A DNA stretch of 64,000 bases from Halobacteriovoraceae bacterium (GCA_963719505.1 CAVRCF010000001.1:608001-672000); one strand, 5' to 3'. Shown: positions 48,254 to 59,322, numbered from the stretch's first letter. Made by a program: numbers and translations. Notes: a model not told the origin generated them from the letters alone.

Positions 48254-48742
48254 TTATTTTTTTAAATCACAAACTTTTACTCTTACAACATCAGAAAAAC
48301 TTGTGACGTCTTGTTTGTATTGGCATCTTTTACCATCGGTGCATTTAATTGATGTGATACATTTTTTTCCATAGCGCTTCAGCAGGTCATTCTTGGCTTT
48401 TCTTTTAAGATAATCTCTCAATGCTTTTTTATATGTACTCTCGAAGGTGGTACTTATTTCTTCGCAGGCTTTGTGCGGCTCTTTTCCAGAGGAGCCTAGC
48501 ATTTTAGCATTTTCGTCTGAGCAATATGTTTTTAGACCCTCTTCAAAACCTTTGAGATAGTCGAAACTTCTTATTTTAACATTTTGAGAATAACAGGCAT
48601 CACGATACTCTTTCGTTTTTGGCTTACGAATGCCATTTTGAGCATCAGCAAGACCTTTGATAAACCAATTTGCTTCTTTGCACTCTTTTCGACTGAGGGA
48701 GCTACAAGAGGCAAACAGAAAAAAAAGAAAGAAGTACCTCAT
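48254..48742 (-). CDS. DUF2799 lipoprotein (tandem paralog)
   Basis: C.SLSRKEC..ANW...G..DA..G; YLKGFEEGLKTYC. Confidence 0.8.
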   Translation of the reverse strand: MRYFFLFFLFASCSSLSRKECKEANWFIKGLADAQNGIRKPKTKEYRDACYSQNVKIRSFDYLKGFEEGLKTYCSDENAKMLGSSGKEPHKACEEISTTFESTYKKALRDYLKRKAKNDLLKRYGKKCITSIKCTDGKRCQYKQDVTSFSDVVRVKVCDLKK

Positions 48743-51429
48743 TAGCCGCCAAATAAAGTTAAACTGTTTTGAATAGACTTCACTTGTTCTTCAAAACCTG
48801 AAGCTTTCTCTTTAACCTCAGCAACAACTTCGTCTGGGGCATTTTCTATAAACTTGGGGTTTTTAAGTTTCTTTCCAACTTTTTCAAACTCTTTTTCAGC
48901 TTTTAAAAGGTCGTTGTTTAATTTGTCTATGTAGCTATCAATATCAACGACTCCTTCAAGAGGGATAAAGACTTCAGTGTGTGTACTCGCCTTCATAATC
49001 GACTTCTCTGGTCTTTCAACTGTTTTATCTTTGATTTTTCCCGAGCGAACACGAGCGAGTTCTTTAAAGTAACCTCGACTTTTATAGAAATATCTCGCAA
49101 GGGCTTCATCATCTGTGAAGAAACGAACATCAATTTCTTCTTTAGGCTTGATGTTAACTGAATTTCTAAGGTTTCTAATATTTGTGATGACTTCGATAAA
49201 TTTATCCATATTATTAACGTCTTCACTGAATGAAAATTCAGGATTGTATTCAGGATACTTTTGACTAATAAGTAAACTCTCATCAACAGCTTTAAGATGA
49301 CTCCATATCTCTTCTGAAATAAAAGGAGTAATAGGGTGAAGAAGCTTCATAATATGTTTAAAGCAATACTTAAAAACATTGGCCCTTTGTGCTCTTAAGG
49401 CTTCGTTCTCTGAGCTTAAGATTCCTTTTGATAGTTCAATGAACCAAGAACAAAATTTATCGTACACGAAAGAGTAAAGTGTATTACAGGCATCATCAAA
49501 TCGATACTCTTCCATAGATGCTGTTACTTTTTTTGTCACATCGTTGAGTTCACTTAGAATCCATTTTTCGTGGTGATGAAGATCAATCACTTCGAAACCT
49601 TTGTCATTTGCATTTTCTAGATGAGGATGAATGAACCTAAAGGCATTCCAAACTTTGTTGACAAAATTTCTATAGCCTTCAATCTTTTCAGGATCAAGAT
49701 TTATATTTCTATTGTAACCAGAGCTGACGGCCAGGGTGAACCTTAAAGAGTCACATCCATACTGCTCGATAATATCAAGAGGATCTATAACGTTTCCTAA
49801 TGATTTACTCATCTTGACACCGTCTTTATCCCTTACAATGGCGTGGATATAGACATGATCAAAAGGTGACTTCCCCGTCGCCTTATTGGCCATCATCATC
49901 ATTCTTGCAACCCAAAAGAAAATAATATCAAAACCGGTAACCAGTGTGCTTGTTGGATAGAAACGATCAAATCCTTTCTCTTTCATGGCATTCTCATCAG
50001 GCCAACCAAGTACGCTTAGTGGGAATAATCCTGAAGAGAACCATGTATCAAGTACATCTTGATCCCTTTCAATTTTTTCGCTATCGCACTTTGGACATTT
50101 TGATAACTCAGCTTCTGAAGCCATTTGATGCTGACACTCAGTACATTCATAGACTGGAATTTGATGTCCCCACCATAGTTGTCTTGAGATACACCATGGT
50201 CTTGGATTTTTTTGATATGAGTAATATGTATTCTCCCATCCCTTTGGAAAAAATTTCATTTTTTCGTTTTCTACTTCTTTAACAGATATTTCGGCCATCT
50301 TTTGTGTGTTTAAGAACCACTGCTTTGAGACCATAGGTTCAACTACGGTTCCGCTTCTTTGAGAATGACCGACCTGTTGAACATGGTCTTCAGTTTTAAC
50401 AAGCTGTCCTATCTCTTCCAAAAGGCTTACTGTTTTCTTTCTTGCTTCTTTAGATGTTAGACCTTCAACTTCCTTGGCATTTTCATTGAGAGTACCATCT
50501 TTGTTAATAATATTGATGATCTCTAAGTTGTGGCGCTTTCCAATTTCATAATCATTAAAGTCATGACCCGGAGTCACTTTGAGACAGCCTGTACCTTTTT
50601 CCATGTCAACATGATCATCAGCGACTATTAAAACTTCTCTGTTGCAAATAGGGACGATGGCCATTTTTCCGATAAGATGTTCGAAGCGATCATCGTTTGG
50701 ATTTACCGCAACGGCGGTGTCACCAAAAAGAGTCTCTGGTCTGGTCGTTGCAATCTCAAGAAGGGCATTGCTTCCTTTTACTTTATAGTGGATATGATAA
50801 AATTTTCCATTAATTTCTTTGTGATCAACTTCAGCGTCACTTATGGCTGACTGAAGTTTTGTATCCCAATTTATAATATAATTGTCTTGATAAATTAAAC
50901 CTTCATTAAACATATCGACAAAGAATTTGTTAACAGCTTTGTGAGGACCTTCATCCATGGTGAACGTAAAGTAGTCCCAGTCACAACTATCCCCAAGCTT
51001 TTTAATTTGCTCGATGATTTGACCACCGTATTCTTCTTTCCATTCCCAAATTCTATTTAAAAACTCTTCACGACCAAGATCATGTTTCGTTTTTCCTTCC
51101 TCTTTAAAAATTTTCTCTTCGACTTTAGCTTGAGTCGCTATACCTGCATGGTCTTGCCCCGGAACCCAAAGAGTTTCAAAGCCCTGCATTCTTTTAAATC
51201 TTGCAATGACATCCTGAACAGTGTGATCAAGTGCATGTCCCATATGGAGTTTCCCTGTAACATTTGGGGGAGGCATTAGCATTGTGAATGTACCCTTTTG
51301 TTTATTGGGCACAGGTTTAAAGGATTTCTTATCCATCCACGTTTTATACCATTTATCTTCAATCCCTTTTGGGTCGAATGTTTTTGGAAGTTCATTTGCA
51401 TCTATTTCAGTTGTATTATGATCCGTCAT
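48742..51429 (-). CDS. valS: Valine--tRNA ligase
   Basis: PPPNVTG.LHMGH, DHAGIATQ, WCISRQLWWGH, KMSKS, C-terminal coiled coil. Confidence 0.97.
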   Translation of the reverse strand: MTDHNTTEIDANELPKTFDPKGIEDKWYKTWMDKKSFKPVPNKQKGTFTMLMPPPNVTGKLHMGHALDHTVQDVIARFKRMQGFETLWVPGQDHAGIATQAKVEEKIFKEEGKTKHDLGREEFLNRIWEWKEEYGGQIIEQIKKLGDSCDWDYFTFTMDEGPHKAVNKFFVDMFNEGLIYQDNYIINWDTKLQSAISDAEVDHKEINGKFYHIHYKVKGSNALLEIATTRPETLFGDTAVAVNPNDDRFEHLIGKMAIVPICNREVLIVADDHVDMEKGTGCLKVTPGHDFNDYEIGKRHNLEIINIINKDGTLNENAKEVEGLTSKEARKKTVSLLEEIGQLVKTEDHVQQVGHSQRSGTVVEPMVSKQWFLNTQKMAEISVKEVENEKMKFFPKGWENTYYSYQKNPRPWCISRQLWWGHQIPVYECTECQHQMASEAELSKCPKCDSEKIERDQDVLDTWFSSGLFPLSVLGWPDENAMKEKGFDRFYPTSTLVTGFDIIFFWVARMMMMANKATGKSPFDHVYIHAIVRDKDGVKMSKSLGNVIDPLDIIEQYGCDSLRFTLAVSSGYNRNINLDPEKIEGYRNFVNKVWNAFRFIHPHLENANDKGFEVIDLHHHEKWILSELNDVTKKVTASMEEYRFDDACNTLYSFVYDKFCSWFIELSKGILSSENEALRAQRANVFKYCFKHIMKLLHPITPFISEEIWSHLKAVDESLLISQKYPEYNPEFSFSEDVNNMDKFIEVITNIRNLRNSVNIKPKEEIDVRFFTDDEALARYFYKSRGYFKELARVRSGKIKDKTVERPEKSIMKASTHTEVFIPLEGVVDIDSYIDKLNNDLLKAEKEFEKVGKKLKNPKFIENAPDEVVAEVKEKASGFEEQVKSIQNSLTLFGG

Positions 51430-51430
51430 T

Positions 51431-52741
51431 TTAACCTTTGATTAATTTCTGTATATTTTTGATATCCGTTAATTTTATATTCTCGCCGTCTCTTGTTGCT
51501 AGGTCCTTTATTTGCACAACTCCATCTGCTAACTCATTTGAGCCAATCATTGCGACAAATTTGTGCCCTTTGGACTCTGCCAATTTGAAAACCTTCTTAA
51601 ATTTGATGGTTCCTAGGTTGAGTTCGATATTGAGATTAAGCTGGCGAAGTTCACTCGCTAGTTTAAATGCCGCAGCTTCACAGTCTTCATCGAAGTAGCA
51701 AATAAGCATGTCATTTTTTGCATGAGAAAGGTCTGGAAGAAGTTTATGAGTCTCTAGGAAGTCTCGAAGTGTAACATCGCCCATTCCAAAGCCAATTCCT
51801 GGAAGGGGGCTTTCATTAAATATTTGTAATAGGTTGGCATAGGCTCCGCCACCTGCAATCGCTCTTCTATTGTCGGGATGCTTGTCAAAAACTTCAAAGA
51901 CGACACCTGTATAATAGTCAAGACCCCTAACAATCGTTGGATCGTACTGAAGTGATTCATACACAGGAAGGTTTTTAACTTTTTTTACAAATGAGTTGAA
52001 AGAATGAGATTCTTCTTCAAGACCGTGTCGAGATAAAAAGCTAAAAAGCTCGTCGAAATTTTTAATTTCAAGATAACTTTTAAAAGTCGAAATCAATTGC
52101 TGATCGGTAATGATTTCTGAAATCATTTTATCCAGAGCTTCCGGTTTAACTTTTTTGGCTTTATCTATCACTTTGTAGAGTTTATATGTTTGGTCCTTGT
52201 CGAGTTTTAAAAGATCTTCAAAGATTGAATCGACAACGGTTCTGTCGTTGATGAGAATTCCATACATAGAGGTGTTAGCACCAAATTTTTTCATCAAATT
52301 ATCAACAAGAGAGAGAATCTCTATCTCTCCAAGTTTGTCTTCTGCACCAAAGATATCAGCATTGAATTGCCAATGCTCTCTCAGTCTTCCTCTTTGGGGT
52401 TTTTCATACCTCATGAGATTGGGAAGAGAGTACCACCGTATTGGTTTACTCGTTTCTCTGTGAACACCCGCAACCATTCTTGCTACGGTCGGTGTCATTT
52501 CAGGTCTTATGGCGACCTTGCGATCTCCGCGATCAGTGAATGAATAAATTTGCTCGTTTATTAATTCTTCTCCAGATTTGGCCAAGTACAGATCAACTTC
52601 TTCTAAGAGGGGGCCATCATAGGCTTCATAGGCAAAACTATGAGCAATATTTCTCATGTTTTCAAAAAGATAATCCCTCACTCGCATCTGAATGGGGTAA
52701 AAGTCACGACAACCTTTGTAGGGCTTTTTCGACAATGCCAT
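51431..52741 (-). CDS. hisS: Histidine--tRNA ligase
   Basis: RPEMTP, RYEKPQRGRLREHWQ, RGLDYYTG, GGG.Y, G.GFGMG. Confidence 0.96.
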   Translation of the reverse strand: MALSKKPYKGCRDFYPIQMRVRDYLFENMRNIAHSFAYEAYDGPLLEEVDLYLAKSGEELINEQIYSFTDRGDRKVAIRPEMTPTVARMVAGVHRETSKPIRWYSLPNLMRYEKPQRGRLREHWQFNADIFGAEDKLGEIEILSLVDNLMKKFGANTSMYGILINDRTVVDSIFEDLLKLDKDQTYKLYKVIDKAKKVKPEALDKMISEIITDQQLISTFKSYLEIKNFDELFSFLSRHGLEEESHSFNSFVKKVKNLPVYESLQYDPTIVRGLDYYTGVVFEVFDKHPDNRRAIAGGGAYANLLQIFNESPLPGIGFGMGDVTLRDFLETHKLLPDLSHAKNDMLICYFDEDCEAAAFKLASELRQLNLNIELNLGTIKFKKVFKLAESKGHKFVAMIGSNELADGVVQIKDLATRDGENIKLTDIKNIQKLIKG

Positions 52742-52816
52742 ATTGATTCCTTAAATAACTAAAATAACAGTTATAGGTATCAAAATTAAGTCTGAATGTT
52801 AAGTTTTTGAATTGCG

Positions 52817-53686
52817 TTATTGCTCTGTTTCCTCGGCATTTTCTGGTGCAATGACATCGATAGCTTTGGAAGCTGAACTCATGTCGGACTCGCCTAGATC
52901 TTCTACTGTTTCTTGCGCCTTAGCCTTTTGACTCGCTGAGTCCTCTTCCATTGAATCTTCTTTTATAGGCTGACTAGCTTCAGGGGTAAGAGAAATTTCA
53001 GGAATAATAAAAAGCTGATCACTTCCCGAGTCGCTCTTTCTAGCAAACTCCTTGAAGTAAAAAGACTTTTTGGTAAGTCTCTCGATTGTATCGAGGGCAA
53101 TCTTTTTGGTAAGACTATTGAATTCCTCGGGACTCATGCTTAAAAAAGCGCTAAGCATAGGGGAGATATATTTTAAAACTCTCTCAACTCTTTTTGCTCG
53201 CAAAAGGTCTTTAGGGTTACTTCTGTCGACACTTTGATAGCGAGTTAAAAAGTTATCCGCCATAAAGGGGGATAGGTCATTCAGTATGGTTTCTATAATC
53301 CAGTTAGAAAAGCTCGCATAGATCACCTTATTCTTTTCTAGTTTTTTATTGATCGACTTGATGATTGTCTGATTAACTTGAAGCTTTGCTGTGTCTTGTA
53401 GATATTGATTTGTTAAAATACTTCTATAAGTTTCAGACTTTAGAAGGAACATCAGCTCTTTTGAGTCTAGTCCCTTAAGGTCTGAATTTATTAAATCAAG
53501 GCGAGCGATGAGGTTTTGTTTTTCATCTTTTGAAAGAGGAGATGCTTTCAAGTGTTCTATTAGAAGTTCGATCTCGTAGGGAACGGATTTAGAGACGATA
53601 CTCAAGCCAGATATGTCTTGAGCAAAAAGTGTGGTTGTGATCAACAATGCTAAAAGGCTAATCATCTTTAATAAGTTTATCGTCAT
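52817..53686 (-). CDS. Secreted hypothetical protein (start 53686 or 53665)
   Basis: Signal peptide ending LFA; helical, with an acidic low-complexity tail. Confidence 0.7.
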   Translation of the reverse strand: MTINLLKMISLLALLITTTLFAQDISGLSIVSKSVPYEIELLIEHLKASPLSKDEKQNLIARLDLINSDLKGLDSKELMFLLKSETYRSILTNQYLQDTAKLQVNQTIIKSINKKLEKNKVIYASFSNWIIETILNDLSPFMADNFLTRYQSVDRSNPKDLLRAKRVERVLKYISPMLSAFLSMSPEEFNSLTKKIALDTIERLTKKSFYFKEFARKSDSGSDQLFIIPEISLTPEASQPIKEDSMEEDSASQKAKAQETVEDLGESDMSSASKAIDVIAPENAEETEQ

Positions 53687-54692
53687 TGAGTCGACTCTTT
53701 CCTTCTGCAACAAAATACTTATCTCTGAAAGGGATTAATATCGTCCCATCCATATTGATAATATTAGTTACATATCTCAGATCAGTTAAAATTGTTAACT
53801 TATTTTCTTTTAAATCAATTTTAGCAACTTCAGTTTTTTTTGTATTAAGTGATTTATTTTCATCAAGTGTTTTTACAAAATAGATGTTCTTTTCAGAGCA
53901 GACAATATTTCCGATGTCGTTTAATTGACTTGAATAGATTTGTGTTATGGTATTAAAGTCTTTGTTGTTGTAGAGAGGAATCTTGAAGATTGAGCTTCCA
54001 TGATCAGCTTCGGCGAAACTAAATTCACCCAAATAAATATTATCACCTTGGATGCAGAATTTTAGGTTCATCCCGTTAAATCGACTTTTGTAAACGGTCG
54101 TAAAAGTCTTATCAAAAATAGAATACATAATAAGGGCCATTGACCCTTTGGAGTTAATATCAGTATAAAAAAGTGTATCCTTGGTTGCCATCAAAGCTTG
54201 TGGGCGAAAGAAAGGATTAATTTGATTTTTCAATTTTACTGTAACGACTGCCTGATCTGTCTTTAAACTTTTTGCCTTTATTTCTTGAGTCTTAGAGTCA
54301 TAGTAATTTATCCATGTGTCTTCTAAGTTGAGGGATAAGAAAGCACCATCGCTAATTTTCTCAAGCTTATCCTTTCCATAGTCGAGGGAGTAAAGAGTGG
54401 TTGACTTAATAGCACTCAAATTCCTGTGGAATTCTTTTTCTTGTTCAACGATTAAGGTCTTTCTCGATGGACTACCGAAAATTAAGTATGATGTCGAGTC
54501 CTCGTCCTCTTTAAGAGTACTGCTAGAGTAATTAGTGGACAAGAAGAGCTTTCCGTTTTGTTGGAAATAAGTAAATTTTCCATCTTTTGAAAGAAAGCGA
54601 ATATTGTTAAGCGCCTGTTTCGTTTGCATTTCAGGAAGCTTAGAAAAAGCAATAAGTGGCAAAGTAAGAAGAAGGATTTTAATAAAGGGCAT
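53658..54692 (-). CDS. Secreted hypothetical protein, probable beta-propeller (start re-assigned to ATG 54692, MPFIK)
   Basis: Signal peptide ending AFS; FLSKDGKFTYF TolB-like blade; beta-rich. Confidence 0.65.
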   Translation of the reverse strand: MPFIKILLLTLPLIAFSKLPEMQTKQALNNIRFLSKDGKFTYFQQNGKLFLSTNYSSSTLKEDEDSTSYLIFGSPSRKTLIVEQEKEFHRNLSAIKSTTLYSLDYGKDKLEKISDGAFLSLNLEDTWINYYDSKTQEIKAKSLKTDQAVVTVKLKNQINPFFRPQALMATKDTLFYTDINSKGSMALIMYSIFDKTFTTVYKSRFNGMNLKFCIQGDNIYLGEFSFAEADHGSSIFKIPLYNNKDFNTITQIYSSQLNDIGNIVCSEKNIYFVKTLDENKSLNTKKTEVAKIDLKENKLTILTDLRYVTNIINMDGTILIPFRDKYFVAEGKSRLNDDKLIKDD

Positions 54693-56643
54693 ACAACCCC
54701 CACAGGTTAATCGAGCTAAAAGCTTGGTAGGCTTTAACAGAGCTAAAGATATAACTCCAAGGGACAATTCTTGGAGCATTTAAATCATCGTAAGCTGTTC
54801 TTAAAACAACAGACAAAATTCCCTTTTCCTCAAAGTATCCATCGATGATAAAAGGAAGAGGATTACATTCATTCAGTGTTCTTTTTTGGAAGAAACTAGG
54901 AAGAAGGTCGGCTCGGCACCCAACACCATGAATAATTGCATCAGGCTTTTCTTTGAATAATTGTTGGAGGAAAGTAATATTAAAAATCTTTTTAGTTTTC
55001 TTTTGATAGAAGTCTCTTAAGAATTTTTCTTGAGCTAGGTTTTGAGCCGTGTATTTATCAGCAAAGTAAGGGAAGGTTACGCCCTGTCTAACAGAGATAT
55101 GATTTATGGCCACCTCATCTTTTATGATTTTAAAACGACAGTCAGTAACATAACACTGGTCAGAGTTTAAAATAATCCAACAACCGGACTTATACTCTAA
55201 AAGAGTTGGCTTATATGCGGATTCCTCTACCGCTTTACAGGTTTGATTTGCCGAGAGCCCTCGAGTTCTTCTCATTATTTTGGAGATGACAAAGCTAAGA
55301 GATTGTTCGCTTTTTTCATAATCTCCAAAAAGAACGGGCTCACAAACATCAACAGCATTTATTTTATCTCTATAACAAACCTTGTTTCCCCAAAACTTTG
55401 CATCATTTGTTTCCATATTCATTTTTAGAAACTGATAAGCCGAGTTTGTTTGACAGTCGGAGCCAAGAGTTGGTTTTTCCTTGTCAAAATGAGCGGCGAT
55501 TCTTGAGATATTGACAAGAGAGAGATTACCAACCTTTGAAGGACAGTCGTTAAAGTTTGATTGAAGTCTTGAAAAATTTAAAGCTTTAGATATATTGGGG
55601 CAAGTAGGCTTTGGTGTAAGACTTTGAGAATATTTATTGAGGTACTGACATCTCTTGTCCTCGTTTGATAATGTGCGAGCACAGTTTTTGATATCCCTAT
55701 CAGTGAGTTTTACTTTTTTTAGAAGTTCCTGGCAAAACGGATAAATTGTCACTGCTGGTTTTAGCTTCTCTGAAACTTTTTTAAAATAACTTGTGTTAAA
55801 AAAGTCGTCACAAAAAAGTTTGGGCTTTTCTATGTTCTCACAGAGATTTTTTAGATAGTCATAAGAATTTGCATTTAAGCTTTTTTTGTATGCTTGTGCC
55901 TGTCTCAAGTCTCTTTTTAATTGTGTTAGTTTTCTATAGTCAGACCTCGGGGTTGAGTTAATTTTTACTTCTAAAGGTCTAATGGACTCAACCTCTTCGT
56001 AGATCATACAAAGATGAGGTGTTTTGTAGTCGGTTGTAAACTCTTTGTGAATACTGAGGCATTCGTCATTTGTTGAAGGTGTCTTTAAGAAAATTGTGCT
56101 GAGGGTTTTCTTTGCATTTTGTACTGAAAAGTAAAGTGAGAATTTTTTTGATTCCGGACATTGAACAAAAGCGACTTTGTCTAAAAAGATGGCCCTAGAG
56201 ACAAGAGCTGTTTTTTCTTCTTCTTTTCTATCTTTGTAATTCACAATGAGATGAGTGATTGGTCCATCTGAGTCTTTTATGTGATTGGCTAAAATAAGGT
56301 CATAAAAAGAGCATTTGTCCTTTGAACCTAACGAGGCATATTTAGAAGGGGAATAGAAAAGAATATGATTAATAAAGTCTGGATCAAGCGTGAGCTGGTT
56401 TATATCTTTGACATCCAAAAGATTTGAATAACTACTTTTAAGCTTTTCTTTTTTTTCAGCATAGAGTTTTTCTTCAATCTCAAGAAGTGACTCCATAGTA
56501 GAGTATAAGCCTGGTAGTTTTTTTTGAATAACCTTAGGTTTTGTTTGAGCGGCAAGGGATTGGGAAAATGCCAGGACGATAAACGCCCCGGCTATAAAAC
56601 TCTTATTCAATAGATTTTCTAAGAATTGATGCAACATCTTCAA
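54679..56643 (-). CDS. Secreted Cys-rich hypothetical protein (true start probably downstream of 56643)
   Basis: 654-aa ORF; signal peptide ending SLAA; numerous Cys. Confidence 0.75.
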   Translation of the reverse strand: MKMLHQFLENLLNKSFIAGAFIVLAFSQSLAAQTKPKVIQKKLPGLYSTMESLLEIEEKLYAEKKEKLKSSYSNLLDVKDINQLTLDPDFINHILFYSPSKYASLGSKDKCSFYDLILANHIKDSDGPITHLIVNYKDRKEEEKTALVSRAIFLDKVAFVQCPESKKFSLYFSVQNAKKTLSTIFLKTPSTNDECLSIHKEFTTDYKTPHLCMIYEEVESIRPLEVKINSTPRSDYRKLTQLKRDLRQAQAYKKSLNANSYDYLKNLCENIEKPKLFCDDFFNTSYFKKVSEKLKPAVTIYPFCQELLKKVKLTDRDIKNCARTLSNEDKRCQYLNKYSQSLTPKPTCPNISKALNFSRLQSNFNDCPSKVGNLSLVNISRIAAHFDKEKPTLGSDCQTNSAYQFLKMNMETNDAKFWGNKVCYRDKINAVDVCEPVLFGDYEKSEQSLSFVISKIMRRTRGLSANQTCKAVEESAYKPTLLEYKSGCWIILNSDQCYVTDCRFKIIKDEVAINHISVRQGVTFPYFADKYTAQNLAQEKFLRDFYQKKTKKIFNITFLQQLFKEKPDAIIHGVGCRADLLPSFFQKRTLNECNPLPFIIDGYFEEKGILSVVLRTAYDDLNAPRIVPWSYIFSSVKAYQAFSSINLWGLYALY

Positions 56644-58603
56644 CTTGTAGATTTTCAGTTCCTGTTTTATTACCTTTACCTGAGTTAAAGTTTATCATAC
56701 AAAAAGAACATGATGTAGCAAGTTTCTCAACTTTTGTGGAGTTAACATGGTGAAGTCTTCCTTCAACGAGCTCAGTTCCCTCATGAACTTCGTACCACAT
56801 ATTTCCTCCACCCATTCCACAGCATAGGGCTTTGTCTTTATTCTTTTCCATCTCTTTAAGAGCAATACCCGGAATTGATTTTAGAATCTCTCTAGGTGCG
56901 TTATACTCACCATGATGTCTTCCAAGGTAACAAGGGTCATGGAAAGTTAAATCTTCTCTTACTTCTATTTTAGGTTTTAATTTCCCGTTAGAGACAAGAT
57001 CGGCTAGTAACTCTGTGTGGTGGATTGTTTCAAAATCACCATCATCAAATTTTGCGTACTCTTTGCCAATTGTGTGAAGACAATGTGGGCAGTGAGTGAC
57101 TACCTTTCCGAAATCATATTGATTCATATTTGCAATATTCTCGATGGCAACTTCAAAGAAAGAATACTCATCACCAAACCTTCGAATAGGGTCACCGTTA
57201 CACTTTTCTGTTTTACCCATAACGGCAAAGTCAACACCGGCTTTTTTAAGAAGTTCGACAGTGTCTTTAACGACTTTTTGGTTTGAAGCATCGTAAGATC
57301 CGGCACAACCAACATAGTAGAGGTAGTCGACCTTTTTACCAGCTTCAATGAGAGGAACATCCATTCCATCAGCCCATTGGAACCTATCATCTTGAGAGAC
57401 ACCCCATGGGTTTCCATTAATTTTAATATTGTTAACTGCAGTTGCAGCCTCCGGTGGAATTTCACCAAGAGTAAGTGCTTTATATCTTTTAAGTCCCATA
57501 ATCTGTTGAACGTGTTCAATATTCATTGGGCACTCTTCCATACAGGCACCACATGTCGTACATGAATCAAGTTCTACTGCAGAGTAAAGAGGGTTCTCCC
57601 AGAAATCAACTTCGCCTTTGTCACCTGCCACCATTACATCACGCATTTTTGTAATAATTGTTTTCGGATCAAGCGGTCGACCAGCTAAGTTGGCAGGACA
57701 AACGTTTGTACATCTTCCACATTCAACACATGAGATCGCATCCATTCTTTCTTTGGAAGTAAGTTCACTCGACTTCCCAAGTCCAAATGTTTCAGCAGTC
57801 TCATCTTCAAAATCCATTATGTTCAAGACACCCCCGCGACGCGCTGGTGTGAATAAAGCGTTGAGAGGAGCCGCAACCATATGGAAGAATTTGGTATGTG
57901 AAATACAAGCTAAGAAAGCCATTGTGTTGATCATGTGAACCATCCACACGACTTGATAGGTAAGAATCAAACCTTCACTTTGTGGATTCGCCATTTTTAG
58001 GATTGAGGCTACAAACCAACCAACCGGAGACCACATGGCCTCTCCACTTGGCATGCCTGCTGCAACTAATCTCATCGCTTCAAGAGCGTACCCTAAAATG
58101 ACAAGAGCAAAAATCATGGCATACATGAACTTTTCATTATTTGGATTCGTTGCACTTAAATAATCTGGCTTGTCGATGTAACGTCTTTTATAAGCCATTG
58201 CTAAACCGATCAGAATTGCGATTCCGGCCCAGTCAGCTAAGAAAGATACAACAATATAGGTTGTTCCTGTATAAAGTTTTAAAGGGGTATCCGCGTGAAT
58301 TGCAACAAGCTCTGTTGCAATAAGAAGGATCACAAAACCATAATAAATAAGACTATGAAAGATTCCGACTTTTCCATCACGAGTAACTTTTCCCGTAAAT
58401 AAAATAGTTTCAAGCATCCTTTTGAAGTTGAGCTTCTGCGGAAGAAGTGATTTGTATCCGCGACCTTGCGTCACAAATTTGTATTTATCTAGGGCGCCCT
58501 TGATAAAAATTCCAATCGCAATAAACATAAAAAGATACATCGCAACTTTAAAGCTCGTTGGGATTTGCCACAAGACTTCTCTTGTTGCTGTAGTAACATC
58601 CAT
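56603..58603 (-). CDS. FadF-like/heterodisulfide reductase-related membrane Fe-S oxidoreductase
   Basis: NarI-like TMs; two 4Fe-4S motifs (CVECGRCTNVCP, CTTCGACMEECP); two CCG domains; GGAGG RBS before ATG 58603. Confidence 0.9.
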   Translation of the reverse strand: MDVTTATREVLWQIPTSFKVAMYLFMFIAIGIFIKGALDKYKFVTQGRGYKSLLPQKLNFKRMLETILFTGKVTRDGKVGIFHSLIYYGFVILLIATELVAIHADTPLKLYTGTTYIVVSFLADWAGIAILIGLAMAYKRRYIDKPDYLSATNPNNEKFMYAMIFALVILGYALEAMRLVAAGMPSGEAMWSPVGWFVASILKMANPQSEGLILTYQVVWMVHMINTMAFLACISHTKFFHMVAAPLNALFTPARRGGVLNIMDFEDETAETFGLGKSSELTSKERMDAISCVECGRCTNVCPANLAGRPLDPKTIITKMRDVMVAGDKGEVDFWENPLYSAVELDSCTTCGACMEECPMNIEHVQQIMGLKRYKALTLGEIPPEAATAVNNIKINGNPWGVSQDDRFQWADGMDVPLIEAGKKVDYLYYVGCAGSYDASNQKVVKDTVELLKKAGVDFAVMGKTEKCNGDPIRRFGDEYSFFEVAIENIANMNQYDFGKVVTHCPHCLHTIGKEYAKFDDGDFETIHHTELLADLVSNGKLKPKIEVREDLTFHDPCYLGRHHGEYNAPREILKSIPGIALKEMEKNKDKALCCGMGGGNMWYEVHEGTELVEGRLHHVNSTKVEKLATSCSFCMINFNSGKGNKTGTENLQVEDVASILRKSIE

Positions 58604-58710
58604 TTTTCCTCCAAAACGTACCGAGACAGAATTGACTGGCTGCGACACTAAATCCACACATTCTTAGTTTTTTATACCCTATCAATATACAATAATTTAT
58701 AGTTTAAGTC

Positions 58711-59322
58711 ATGATTGCAATTCTAGACATTTTAATATTTTTTAGCTTTTTCACTTTGCTTGCCGGACTAAACTTCAGGATGGTGCAACAAGTTAAAAAC
58801 ATTCCTATCACCGAAGCCAATATTTTAATTTTAATTTTTCTTTTTGGGCTCGATCTTGTGTTCGTTGCGATGACTGCGCGCTTTTTTGAGCTAGGAGTTG
58901 ACCTCAATTGGGCCGTCATTTTGATGACTTGCTTTGGTTTGCTATCTCTTAGTTCGATCACAATAGGCGTTATGGTAAAAATGGGTTTGGCCACAGGTAA
59001 AAAGATGAGAACTTTGCTCAGGTTACCTTTGATTGGTGCGCTTGTGGGCTTTTATCTAAAAGATGAGAGAGCACTTTATCTTTTTGTTGGTATTGAGTTA
59101 ATATTAACAATATATTTTTTCATGATGAAAGATGAATACAATTACGTTTTTCGCCAGCAGATCAAAGGGCTTTATGGTTTTCTGCTGTTCGCTATACTAC
59201 TTAAAAATAATTTCTTGGCCTACTCACTTATCGGGCTGTTTATCTTCGTGCTCATGAAAAATCAGATTATTAATCAAGTAAAGCTCAAACTTGTGTTGGA
59301 GAAGAGTCAAAATGAAATTTAA
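58711..59322 (+). CDS. Hypothetical multi-pass membrane protein
   Basis: About 7 hydrophobic segments. Confidence 0.75.
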   Translation: MIAILDILIFFSFFTLLAGLNFRMVQQVKNIPITEANILILIFLFGLDLVFVAMTARFFELGVDLNWAVILMTCFGLLSLSSITIGVMVKMGLATGKKMRTLLRLPLIGALVGFYLKDERALYLFVGIELILTIYFFMMKDEYNYVFRQQIKGLYGFLLFAILLKNNFLAYSLIGLFIFVLMKNQIINQVKLKLVLEKSQNEI

